Assembly (NCBI GenBank): GCA_030390025.1
Contig: CM059432.1
Location: 121,336,001-121,400,000, forward strand
DNA from: Squalus acanthias
Lineage: Eukaryota
Length of the DNA: 64,000 bases
Reading direction: 5' to 3'
Positions 25,960-37,157 of this stretch are shown piece after piece. How positions within the stretch are numbered: position 1 is the stretch's first letter; every line of letters starts with the position of its first letter. Position numbers and translations under genes: made by a program. Below the pieces are notes generated by a model that was given only the letters and a program-made list of their open reading frames with translations, searched no databases and was not told the DNA's origin.

Positions 25960-26160
25960 AATCATAGAATCATAGAATAGTACAACACAGAAGGAGGCCA
26001 GTCATCCCATCGAGTCTGCGTCGGCTCTTTCAAAGATCAATCCAGTTATTCCTGCTCCTCCCGCTCTTTTGCTATATCTCTGCAATTTTTTCTCCTTCAA
26101 GTATTTATCCAATTCACTTTTCAAAGCTACTATTGAATCTGTATCCACCACCCTATCTGT
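25960..26160 (-). mobile_element. CR1 3' tail fragment
   Basis: (ATCATAGA)n tail and ACAGAAGGAGGCCA hairpin region. Confidence 0.75.
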
Positions 26161-26577
26161 AAAGATTTGATGCCACTTGGCCCTCAAGAGCTCATGAAGA
26201 AGGAGAACTGGGCTCAGAGCAGCAGAGGACTGTGATCTGTGAACACTTCGGGGCTGGAAGCCTGAAAAAACTCAGGGGGCTTACTTGGCCACAGAGAGTG
26301 GCTATCAAGGAAAGCACAGAAAGTAATTGCACCAAGAAAGAAGATACAGAGAATGGTTGACAAGCTCCATAAATAATGGGCATGACCTCCATGACAGATC
26401 AGGGTGCAGATCCAGTTGCAGAGGCTCAATGCCAACTGTAAGTGGTGAACAGAGTCACACATGCATAGAGCAAGAGGAACTCAAATCTGTTCACGTACAG
26501 AAATGCAGAAACATCAGAAGGCAGCAGCTCAGCTTAAGGATTGGAGCTTTGGGAATGCAACGGTAAATAAACTCAAG

Positions 26578-27598
26578 GGAGGCAATTATCGGCAAATACT
26601 TTAGGCACTAACGAGCCTCCGAGGTGGCCAAGATGGACACTTAAGCTGCAAAGCCGGTTTAGCCTGCGTTTAGCGCAAGATGCCATCTTGGAAAAGGAGT
26701 TGAAGCCAGTGCTAGGAATGGCCACCTGGAGGCTTGCTAAACAGTTAATTGCCACTTAAAATGCCTGCTAGCGTTCATTAAAGAAGCTGCACGGCATTTT
26801 GGTGGCTTGCGCTTCAACTAACGTCCTCTCCTAACAGTGACCAGTTGCTTTCAAGGCTACTTAAAGGGATACTCACCATTTCATGTTCATTGCTGCTGGA
26901 GCTGTGAAGAGGACGTCTGAAACACATTGAGAGACTTTCTGGGACACTTTGTCAAGACATCACCAACACTCGAGCAACAGTTATTCTGCAAATTCTCTGA
27001 GGACTTCACTTAAAAAGAATAAGTGCTGTGCTACTCCACCTTATTGGACACCTTATAGGAGTCACCAGGAGAAAGGGAGTGTTTGGTCATGGGCCTCTTG
27101 CTAAGGGTCTCCCTTGGTCTGGACGAGGAATGGGAGGAGGACATGAGGCCAGGCAGAGCAGAACCAGCTGCTGCAGAAGAGAGGGACAGGAGGGCGAGGT
27201 GGCATCTTCCCCCCCCCCCCCCTGTGGGTACAGGACATCCCTCCTCCTCTGGACCTCCTCCACCATGACCTCCAGTGCTGTGTCCGAGAACCAGTGCACC
27301 CTCTCCCTCGGTCCCTGAGCCATCCTGCACAGTGCTGCTGTGTGCCAACCAACATACTCCACACCTTCAGTGGAAGTGGGTGCGAGGAGCCCACATATAC
27401 TGCTCCACCAAAATTGCATCTAATCAGCACCTGAGCGCTAAACCTGCAGGTTTCTGGTTTAGCACCTCCAGGCAAGTTCAAATTATGGTAATCAGCAATT
27501 AGGACCAACATTGTAACTCCAGCCTTTCAAACAGGCGTGTCTTATTAGCACTGCACTCATCCAGCAACTGTTTTCACCCTTTGGCCAAAATAACCCCC
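26578..27598 (-). mobile_element. Internally deleted Harbinger with start of Myb/SANT gene
   Basis: MAQGPRERVHWFSDTALEVMVEEVQRRRDVLYPQ in ORF 27087-27419; degenerate GGG..AATT / AAATAACCCCC ends. Confidence 0.7.
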
Positions 27599-29010
27599 TA
27601 GGTCTCTGAGAGCCTGTACACAGGGATCTTATTTGGGTACTGAATGATGTGATGGATAACCTTTATGAATTTTTCCATGATGGTTGACTTTTTATGTATT
27701 CATAATGTCAGTTTTAGGGTAAACAATAGGGTGGATGGAGAACCAACATGACCCCTGAAGAGTTTAGATTTTTTTTTATCGATGCGATTGGCTCTTATTC
27801 AGAGAGTTTTTTTGAGAAATAGTGAAATACGTGTTTTCTGATTGGTTGCTTTTTAGTGAACATGAAATTTGAGACCATCAACATGTTGCACGCCTGACAG
27901 AGACACTGGATACCCCAAACATACAACAGATGAAAAACTTTTAATTATATTGGTGTATGTAGCAAAATCATGTGAGAAATTCATTCCCTAAGTGTGCGAT
28001 CGCAACCTGATCAGAACTGCTTTCCCATGAATTCTTGGGAATTGCATTCAGCTGCAGTGACTGGTATCCGTAACCATAGCAACTCACACCTAATAACTGC
28101 TCCCGAATCAGCAGTGTAAATGAACCACATCTGCGCAGCACAATTGATGTAATGTAACAATCCAACACTTTCACCCCACCTCCTAACATCCATAAGCTTC
28201 ACATCTTTCACTGTGAGGGCCACAGTTATTTTATACCAGGCCACACGAGAAACAAATACATCATATGAGACCTAAATTCCACTATTCAAAGGTAAATTTA
28301 TGTTTATGTTTTAGCAGAATACCATGACATTGTACCTAGACTGCTCCATCGAAAGTTTGTGAATAAGGTTATGCTGCTTTCTTGCATTGCTGTTAAGTGG
28401 GGCGAGCAGAAGAACTCAAATGTGTTTTCAAACACATGCCAGGATTGATTGATGATTGCCAGTGAAATTCCTGAAGTGCCATAAGCATGAAGTTGAATAA
28501 AACTGGTTGCGTAGCAACTGCAATTAGCTCATGGACAATATACAGGTGTGGGGCCATCTACGTTAAAGGCGCAATATTATTGCAAGTTGTTGTTGTCCTG
28601 GTGGCCTTGCCTCTAAAATCTATTTTTGGAATGGTTGTGATGCAAAAGGTTACACTGCAACAATAGTAAACTCACAGCATGACTGGCAAATAAGGCAACT
28701 CTGTCCAGCGTCAAAAACCAATACCTCTTCCCTGACCTCTTCCTCCCCACTCCTTCAAATCGCACAACATTTTAGTGGTGATAAAGAAGATTTGCAGCAG
28801 TACCAGCAACTGCAATTCCACTAACTATACTTGAATGAGAAAACTTGAACAAAAAAAAATACATTTCAGCTACAAGTACGATCGAGTGTGATACAATATA
28901 CTCTTGAGGACTCAAGAGATCATAAACTTCTCAAGTGACGCACAGCTGGGTTATTCTAACCCCCAGAGTATGTTTAAACTCTTGTGTCAAATGTCCAGTC
29001 TTTATTCAAT

Positions 29011-29704
29011 GGCCTGTATTTTCCGATCCCATGCAAAGCGCATGCACTGAAAACCGGCAATTCCGATCTGTCAAGAATACTCTTGCCAGATCGGACGCCT
29101 GCCCTGGAGAAGGGCCTCCGCGGCTGGAGAGTTCCGCTTTCTGCAGAACCTCCGCCCGCTGAAATCACTTAAAAATCTTACGCCTGGTAAAAGCAGGCAT
29201 AAGGCCTGCTTTTACCAGCATAAGAGTTTTAAAAAAAAAAAAATAATTCTCTCATTTATAATTTAAAAATACTTTTTAAAAAGGTAAGTTTATTTTTAGC
29301 CCCATAAAAAACTTTAATTATTTTTTTCAAAAAATTAAATTTTTGTTTAAAATATTTAATTTAACGTAATTTTAACTCATTTTAAAAACGTGATGGTTTT
29401 TTTTAAATTAATTTAATATTTTGATGTCTTTTTTCAGTGATCCCCATTCATACTTTTGACAGGTCTATCTGTCAAAAGTATGAAGGAGAATTTTCTTCTT
29501 TCATTGGCTCGCCTGGCCCACGTGATCCCAGGAACGCTTGCGAACCGCATGCGCCCCTGGGATACGTGGGCCCTGCGCATTTCGTTGTGGAGAGGCCCGG
29601 GATCGGAAGTGTCCGGACCTCGGGAGCCCTCAGGTAAGGACGTAGATTTTTTCCTGATAGGAGGCATCCGCACGCAGGAAGCCTCCTATCGGAAATTACG
29701 GCCC
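29011..29704. mobile_element. Harbinger-type MITE with AT-rich core
   Basis: Imperfect 16-bp TIR GGCCTGTATTTTCCGA...TCGGAAATTACGGCCC, flanks AAT/TAT; internal perfect hairpin TGGTAAAAGCAGGC-ATAAG-GCCTGCTTTTACCA. Confidence 0.75.
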
Positions 29705-30569
29705 TATATTCTCTATACAGTATAGATTTACCGTGGCAATGCTGACGATGAGCCAGAGGATGCACTAAGGTGTGACGTCTAAAATGTGACATCTAAAGTG
29801 TTACAGGAATTAAGTGTGACATTCACAGGGAGAGCATTTGATATGCAAGACTTTAATGTTCTATGTATCTGAATAGATTGTGGAATAACTTTATAAAGGG
29901 AGCTTTATTGTACTGCTTGTTCAGTTAACAGTTATCCACCTGATCTTTAAAGGATTTATATCTCCTTTGGTTTAAGGTGGTTCCAAATGAATATAGATGC
30001 AATGTGCACAACACTCTAATCAATATGCTCCAATGCTTAAAAAATAGTTTTGGTAATTCTTCAGCCCTCGTGAATAAAGACACAACTCCTGGTTGGAGTT
30101 CTTCTTTCCTCCTGTTCATCACCTTTGATTAAACTGGAAGCTCTATGACAGCTAAGCTACAATATGTTAATTGACAACTTGTGTCAGTTTTGGTGTTAAT
30201 AGTTTTGACAAGTAGCCTTTGGGTAACCAGAAAATAGGATATTGTCTCTTTATGGAAAGAAGTTGAGTGTTTTGCTCGGCTGGAAAGGACAGACTGCCAA
30301 TCTGCGAGAGAGACTACCCAATAACAGTGAGATTCAGAGCACGATCACTGTCTTGCAGTGACAGTACGTTTCTCTCAGTACTAGTCAGCACAGCAGACAC
30401 AACATGTACATAAGTACAATGTTAAAAAGGAATTCAGAATAACAAGGGTGTGTAATAAAATACAGTTCTGTTTAAGACACAACTACTGGCTTGCTTAATA
30501 TATTTTTAAATTCCTATGGTAATAAATTAAAAATAAGCGGTTTCAATAACAAATGAGCATTAGTGAGGA

Positions 30570-30790
30570 CTGAGCAGCACACTGTGTGAAAACAGTTCAG
30601 TGACCTGGGTTTAAGTCCCTGGGATCAAAGGCTCTTCTTTCTCCTGGCTGTGTAAAGGTCCGAAGTGACAGTTATATGCCAGTTTAAAAAAAAACAGTTG
30701 CTGATGCACAGGACTCAATGGTACAAAACTGCTTATAATTTAGCACTAATTGGCAGCTTGACTCTCACAAGTCACCCGACGCCTGGTGAC
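30570..30790 (+). mobile_element. Possible second LF-SINE-like relic
   Basis: GACCTGGGTTTAAGTCC head-like block and AAAACTGCTTATAATTTAGCACTAATTGGCA, parallel to 6960-7260. Confidence 0.4.
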
Positions 30791-32081
30791 AGAAATAGAT
30801 GTGTCACACTGCCATACTTTGAATATAGGAAGATAAAAAAGCACAGAATGAGTAAAGGTCATTCAGCTCATCGAGTTCGCTCCTTCCACAGACCACATAC
30901 CTGTCTTGGACATGGACACACCTATTTAATTACCTGAGGGCACGTTCTGCCCAAAGCTCACTGAAACCGCTCACCCTCCGCAGCTTTAGCTGGGAGTCTG
31001 ATATGCTGAAACCTCTGCCCTCCAGTTTCCTACTCACAGTAGTACATCTACATTGTCCTACAGTGTTTCTACCTTCCTAATGTTTTTACATCTTAATGCT
31101 GCAGGTTTCTCCATCTCTTGCTTGATGTTATGGTGGAAGAAGAAAAGTTGTTCAAGCCCAAACCATCCTATTTCATTTGAATGTCAGACAAGCATCCTAT
31201 TGCTGTGCTCTGTTTTATTCATACCCGTGCTGTAGGTAAAGCACCTGTTTTAATATTTAAAAGAAAGGCCATTGTAAGATCTCCTGCTGGATATCCCTGG
31301 TTGTTCATTGGGCAATGAGCTGAGGTGTACACAGTGTGGGTGCTACACTGGTGCTGGTAGGAACAACATCCATTATGTGCCAATCATAATCTGGCCACTA
31401 TGTTTAGTCAGAAGGGTTGGGTTTGAGTCCCACTCCAAAAAGGTCCAGCGAATGGCTCGGAATACTGGATTGGTGTCTAGTGGGAGTACTGGCATACGAT
31501 GCTAATGGAAGGTGGGGCTCTTTAGCCTTGGTTGAAGCCCACCTAGGAGGAGGTACTCTGAAAATAAAAGCCATGAGGTAGGTAACAGAAAAACATATCA
31601 GCTACTCTTCCCTGGTAAGTGGCTCACAAATCTCATGTGTCAGACTTGAGTTAAAACCTGCCTTCAGGCAGAACATAAAGGACATACATAACAACATAAG
31701 GACATAAGAATTGTTTTTTTTATTTGTTTATGGGATGTGGGCGTCGCTGGCAAGGCAAGGCAAGCATTTATTGCCCATCCCTAATTGCCCTTGAGAAGGT
31801 GGTGGTGAGCCGCCTTCTTGAACTGCTGCAGTCCGTGTGGTGAAGGTACTCCCACAGTGCTGTTAGGTATGGAGTTCCAGGATTTTGACCCAGCAACGAT
31901 GAAGGGTCGGCGATATAGTTCTAAGTCAGGATGGTGTGTGACTTGGAGGGGAACTTGGAGGTGGTGGTGTTTACATGCGCCTGCTGCACTTATCCTTCTA
32001 GGTGGAAGAGGTTGCGGGTTTGGGAGGTGCTGCCGAAGAAGCCTTGGTGAGTTGCTACAGTGCATCTTGTAGACGGTACAC

Positions 32082-32336
32082 TTCTTCTTCTTAGGCAGTC
32101 CCTCGGAACCGAGGATGACTTGCTTCCACACTAAAAATTAGTTCTCAGGTGACTGATGAGTCCAATGCGGGACCTACAGTCTCTGTCACAGGTGGGGAAG
32201 ACGGTGGTAGAAGGGGCAGGTGGGTGGGGTGCTTGGGTTGACGTGCGCACCTTCCGCTGTTTGCGTTTGGCTTCCGCTTGCTCCCGGCGAAGAGACTCGA
32301 GGTGTTCGCCGCCTTCTCGGATGCTTCTCCTCCACT
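32082..32336 (-). mobile_element. RTE-clade LINE 3' fragment
   Basis: WRRSIREG..CDRDCRSRIGLISHLRT C-terminus, (AAG)n tail, TSD GGTACAC (32075-32081 / 32337-32343). Confidence 0.8.
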
Positions 32337-34672
32337 GGTACACACTGCAGCCACGGTACGCCGGTGGTGGAGGGAGTGAATGTTTAAGGTGGATGGGGTG
32401 CCAATCAAGCGGGCTGCTTTGTCCTGGATGGTGTCGAGCTTCTTGAGTGTTGTTGGAGCTGCATTCATCCAGGCCAGTGGAGAGTATTCCATCACACTCC
32501 TTACTTGTGCCTTGTAGATGGTGGAAAGGCTTTGGGGAGTCAGGAGGTGAGACACTCGCCGCAGAATACCTAGCCTCTGACCTGCTCTTGTTGCCACAGT
32601 ATTTATGTTGCTGGTCCAGTTAAGTTTCTGGTCAATGGTGACCCCCAGGAAGTTGATGGTGGGGGATTCGACGATGGTAATATTGTTGAATGTCAAGGGG
32701 AGGTGGTTAGATTCTCGCTTGTTGGAGATAGTCATTGCCTGGCACTTCTGTGGCGTGAGTGTTACCTGCCACTTATTAGCACAAGCCTTAATTTCGTCCA
32801 GGTCTTGTTGCATGCGGGCATGGACTGCTTCATTATCTGAGGAGATGTGAATGGCGCTGAACACTGTGCAGTCATCAGCGAACATCCCCATTTCTGACCT
32901 TATGTTGGAGGGAATGTCGTTGATGTTGCAGCTGAAGATGGTTGGGCCTCGGACACTGCCCTGAGGATCTCCTGCAGCGATGTCCTGGGGCTGTGATGAT
33001 TGACCTTCAACCACCACAACCATCTTCCTTTGTGCTAGGTATGACTCTAGCCAGTGGAGTGTTTTTCCCCCGATTCCATCTGACTTCAGTTTTACTCGGG
33101 CTCCTTGATGCCACACTCGGTCAAATGCTGCCTTGATGTCAAGTGCAGTCACTCTCACCTCAACTCTGGAATTCAGCTCCTTTGTCCATGTTTGGAACAA
33201 GGCTGTAATGAGGTTGGGAGCTGAGTGGTCTTGGCGGAGCCCAAACTGGGCATCAGTGAGCAGGTTATTGGTGAGTAACTGCCACTTGATAGCACTGCTG
33301 ATGACACCTTCCATCACTTTGCTGATGATTGAGAGTAGACTGATGGAGCGGTAATTGGCCGGGTTGGATTTGTCCTGCTTTTTGTGGACAGGACATACCT
33401 GGGCAGTTTTGCACATTGTCGGATAGATGCCAGTGTTGTAGTTGTACTGGAACTGCTTGGCTAGAGGCGCGGCTAGTTCTGGTGCACAAGCCTTCAGCAC
33501 GCTAGCCAGGATGTTGTCAGGGCCCATAGCCTTTGCTGTATCCAGTGCACTCAGCCGTTTCTTGATATCATGTGGAGTGAATCGAATTGGCTGAAGACTG
33601 GCTTCTGTGATGGTGGGGACCTCAGGAGCAGGCCGATATGGATCATCCACTCGGCACTTCTGGCTGAAGATGGTTGCAAACACTTCAGCATTGTCTTTTG
33701 CACTCACGTGCTGGGCTTCACCATTATTGAGAATGGGGATATTACTAGAGCCTCGTCCTTCCCGTTAGTTGTTTAATGGTCCACCACCATTCACGACTGG
33801 ATGTGGCAGGACTGCAGACCTTTGATCTGATCCGTTGATTGTGGGATCGCATAGCCCTGTCTATAGCACTCTGCTTCCACTTTTTAGCATGCATGTAATC
33901 CTGTGTTGCAGCTTCCCCAGGTTGGCACCTCATTTTTAGGTATGCCTGGTGCTGCTCTAGGCATGCTCTTCTACACTCCTTATTGAACCAGGGTTGGTCC
34001 CCTGGCTTGATGGTAATGGTAGAGTGAGGGATATGCCGGGCCATGAGGTTACAGATTGTGGTGGAATACAATTCTGCTGCTGCTGATGGCCCACTGCGCC
34101 TCATGAATGCCCAGTTTTGAGCTGCTAGATCTGTTCTGAATCTACCCCATTTAGCACGGTGGTAGTGCCACACAACACGATGGAGGGACTTCGTCTCCAC
34201 AATGACTGTGCATTGGTTACTGCAACCAATACTGTCATGGACAGAAGCATCTCAGATGTTCTCTCACCACCTGTCGCAGGCCCAGACTGGCAGTTATGTC
34301 CTTCAGGACTCGGCCAGTAGTGGTGCTACCGAGCCACTCTTGGTGATGGACATTGAAGTCCCCCACCCAGAGTACATTCTGTGCCCTTGCTACTCTCAGT
34401 GCTTCCTCCAAGTCATGTTCAACATGGAAGAGTACTGATTCATCAGCTGAGGGAGGGTGGTAGGTGGTAATCAGCAGGAGGTTTCTTTGCCCATGTTTGA
34501 CTTCATGGGGTCCGGTGTCAATGTTGAGGACTCCCAGGGCCACTCCTTCCCGACTGTATACCACTGTGCCGGTGGGACAGGACATACCCAGGGATGGTGA
34601 CGGAGGAAATAACAACAGAAAACGCTGGAAAAACTCAGCAGGCGAGGCAGCATCCGTGGAGAGAGAAACAGA

Positions 34673-34708
34673 GTTAACGTTTCAGGTCGAAGACCTTTCA
34701 TCAGAACT
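34673..34708 (-). ncRNA. Minimal type-I hammerhead ribozyme motif (Penelope pLTR)
   Basis: Sense AGTT-CTGATGA-A-AGGTC-TTC-GACCT-GAAAC-GTT-AACT; palindromic AACGTT at stem III. Confidence 0.78.
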
Positions 34709-34785
34709 GGAGACAGCAGGAAATCAAACAGATTTAAAGCAAGGATAAAGCTGGGAAAAGGGGGAGGGGATGAAAGAACAAAAGG

Positions 34786-34830
34786 AGAGATTAAGAGACA
34801 TTAAGAGACATTAAGAGACATTAAGAGATA
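34786..34830 (+). repeat. 10-bp tandem repeat (GAGACATTAA), about 4 copies
   Basis: Directly visible inside the Penelope 3' region. Confidence 0.85.
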
Positions 34831-34998
34831 TTCAAGGCAAGAGGAGGTGTTAATGTGACCGGTTAAGGCTGAAAGAAGTGTGAAATGCAATGGCAGAATG
34901 AAGGACAGCTGCCAGCTTCTAGGAGGAAAAAAAAGGGGGGGGGGGTGCAATTAAAAGGGTGGATGAGAAAACAAAATATAAATGTGATGGGGCTAAGG

Positions 34999-36363
34999 TT
35001 ATGATCTAAAATTGTTGAACTCGATATTGAGTCCAGAGGGCTGTAGCGTGCCTAAACGAAAGATGAGGTGCTGTTCCTCGAGCTTACGCTGCGCTTCCGT
35101 GGAACAGTGTAATAGGCCGAAGACGGTGAGGTCAGAGTGGCAGTGAAGCGGTGAATTAAAGTGACAGGCGACCGGGAGCTCGGGATTCCCCTTATGGACT
35201 GAACGGAGGTGCTCCGCAAAGCAGTCACTCAATCTGCGTTTGGTCTCCCCAATGTAGAGGAGACCACATCGTGAGCAGCGAATACAGTATACTAAATTGC
35301 AGGAAGTACAAGTAAATCGCTGTTTCACCTGGAAGGGGTGTTTGGGGCCCTGGACAGTGGGAAGAGGGGAGGTATAAGGGCATGTGCTGCATCTCCTGCG
35401 CTTGCACGGGAAGGTGCCGGGCGAAGGGGAAGGGGTGCTGGGGGTGGTAGAGGAGTGGACTAGGGTGTCGCGGAGGGAGCGGTCCCTGTGGAATGCTGAA
35501 AGGGGAGGTGAGGGGAAGATGCGTTTGGTGGTGGGATCACGCTGGAGGTGGCGGTAATGGCGGAGGATGATCCGTTGAATGTGGAGGCTGGTGGGGTGAA
35601 AGGTGAGGACAAGGGGAACTCTATCGTGGTTCCGGGACGGAGGGGCAGGGGTGAGGGCAGAAGTGCGGGAGATAGAACGGACACGGTCGAGGGCCATGTC
35701 GACCACGGTAGAGGGGAATCCTCGGTTGAGGAAAAAGGAAGACATGTCGGAAGCACTGGTATGGAAGGTGGCATCATCAAAGCAGATGCGGCGGAGACGG
35801 AGAAACTGGGAGAATGGAATAGAGTCCTTACAGGAGGCGGGGTGGGAGGAAATGTAGTCCAGGTAGCTGTGGGAGTCAGTGGGCTTGTAGTGAATGTTAG
35901 TCAATAACCTATCCCCAGAGATGGAGACGGAGAAGTCGAGGAAGGGAAGGGAAGAGTCGGAGATGGACCATGTGAAGGTGAGGGAAGGGTGGAAATTGGA
36001 AGCATAGTGAATGAAATGTTCTAGTTCAGGGCGAGAGCAGGAGACGGCACCGATACAGTCATCAATGTACCGGAAAAAGAGGTGAGGGAGGGGACCCGAG
36101 TAGGACTGGAACAAAGAGTGTTCCACATATCCCACGAAAAGGCAGGCATAGCTAGGACCCATGCGGGTACCCATAGCAACACCTTTAATTTGGAGGAAAT
36201 GGGTGGAGTCAAAGTAGAAGTTGTTCAATGTGAGAACAAGTTCAGCCAGGCGGAGGAGGGTGGTGGTGGATGGGGACTGGTTGGGCCTCTGTTCAAGGAA
36301 GAAGCGGAGCGCCCTCAGGCCATCCTGGTGGGGAATGGAGGTGTAGAGGGATTGTACGTCCAT
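34999..36363 (-). CDS. Penelope-like RT / GIY-YIG endonuclease (uninterrupted 454-aa C-terminal part, N-terminus missing)
   Basis: DVQSLYTSIP, GVAMGTRMGPSYA, RYIDD, FLD, YKPTD; CKRRRCSTC; LVYCIRCSRCGLLYIGETKR; EQHLIFRLGTLQPSGLN. Confidence 0.92.
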   Translation of the reverse strand: MDVQSLYTSIPHQDGLRALRFFLEQRPNQSPSTTTLLRLAELVLTLNNFYFDSTHFLQIKGVAMGTRMGPSYACLFVGYVEHSLFQSYSGPLPHLFFRYIDDCIGAVSCSRPELEHFIHYASNFHPSLTFTWSISDSSLPFLDFSVSISGDRLLTNIHYKPTDSHSYLDYISSHPASCKDSIPFSQFLRLRRICFDDATFHTSASDMSSFFLNRGFPSTVVDMALDRVRSISRTSALTPAPPSRNHDRVPLVLTFHPTSLHIQRIILRHYRHLQRDPTTKRIFPSPPLSAFHRDRSLRDTLVHSSTTPSTPSPSPGTFPCKRRRCSTCPYTSPLPTVQGPKHPFQVKQRFTCTSCNLVYCIRCSRCGLLYIGETKRRLSDCFAEHLRSVHKGNPELPVACHFNSPLHCHSDLTVFGLLHCSTEAQRKLEEQHLIFRLGTLQPSGLNIEFNNFRS

Positions 36364-37081
36364 AGTGAAGAGGAGGCGGTTGGGGCCGGGAAACTGGAAA
36401 CTGTTAAAATGGCGGAGGGCGTCGGAAGAGACCCAGATGTAGGTGGGAAGAGACTGGACAAGGGGAGAAAAAATAGAGTTGAGATAGGAAGAGATAAGTT
36501 CCGTGGGGCAAGAACAGGCTGAAACGATGGGTCTACCGGGGCAGTCCTGTTTGTGGATCTTGGGAAGGAGGATCTTGCTATCGTATGGTGATGGAGGAGT
36601 TTGGGACCATTGGCTGTAAGGTATGATTCTGTGAGTATGACTATGTTAGGCTGTTGCTTGACTAGTCTGTGGGACAGCTCTCCCAATTTTGGCACAAGTC
36701 GGCAGATGTTGGTGAGGAGGACTTTGCAGGGTCGACCTGGGCTGGGTGTTCCGTTGTCATGTCCATAACCAATGCCGAGGTCGATGCCGGGTGGTCCGTC
36801 CGGTTTCATTCTTATTATATTTCGTAGCGGTTAGTTACAACTTAGTGACTTGCTAGGCCATATCAGCTGGCAGTTAAAAGTCAACCACATTGCTGTGGGT
36901 CTGGAGACATATATAGGCCAGACCAGGTAAGGATGGCAGATTTCCTTCCCTAAAGGACTTTAGTGAACCAGATGGGTTTTTATGACAATCCAATAGCTTC
37001 ATGGTTATCATTACTGATACTAGCTTTGTATTCCAGATTTATTTAATTAACTGAATTTAAATTCCCCAGCTGCCGTGGTGG

Positions 37082-37157
37082 GATTTGAACTCACGTTTCA
37101 TGAATCATTAGTCCAGGCTGCATGGATTACTAGCCCAGTGACATTACCACTACGCTA
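37082..37157 (-). promoter_or_regulatory. Pol III type-2 internal promoter at the LINE 5' end
   Basis: A box TAGCGTAGTGG (37157-37147), 9 nt from the element start; B box GTTCAAATC (37090-37082). Confidence 0.8.

Larger units (their letters stand above)
34608..36584 (-). mobile_element. Penelope-like element, 5'-truncated
   Basis: RT plus GIY-YIG ORF followed by pLTR; 14-bp TSD ATGGTGAYGGAGGA (34594-34607 / 36585-36598). Confidence 0.93.
31900..36809 (-). pseudogene. LINE EN-RT polyprotein, disrupted by frameshifts, small deletions and two insertions
   Basis: Pieces in ORFs 36315-36809 (N-terminal part only), 34235-34615, 33745-34200 and 32145-33707; C-terminal end approximate. Confidence 0.85.

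Noticed and set aside
32145..33707. Intact 520-aa RT with a novel C-terminus
   Set aside because: The C-terminal part is read-through into the nested RTE fragment; the N-terminus is cut by frameshifts.
36315..36809. 164-aa standalone ORF
   Set aside because: Chimeric: LINE endonuclease N-terminus running out of frame into the inserted Penelope.
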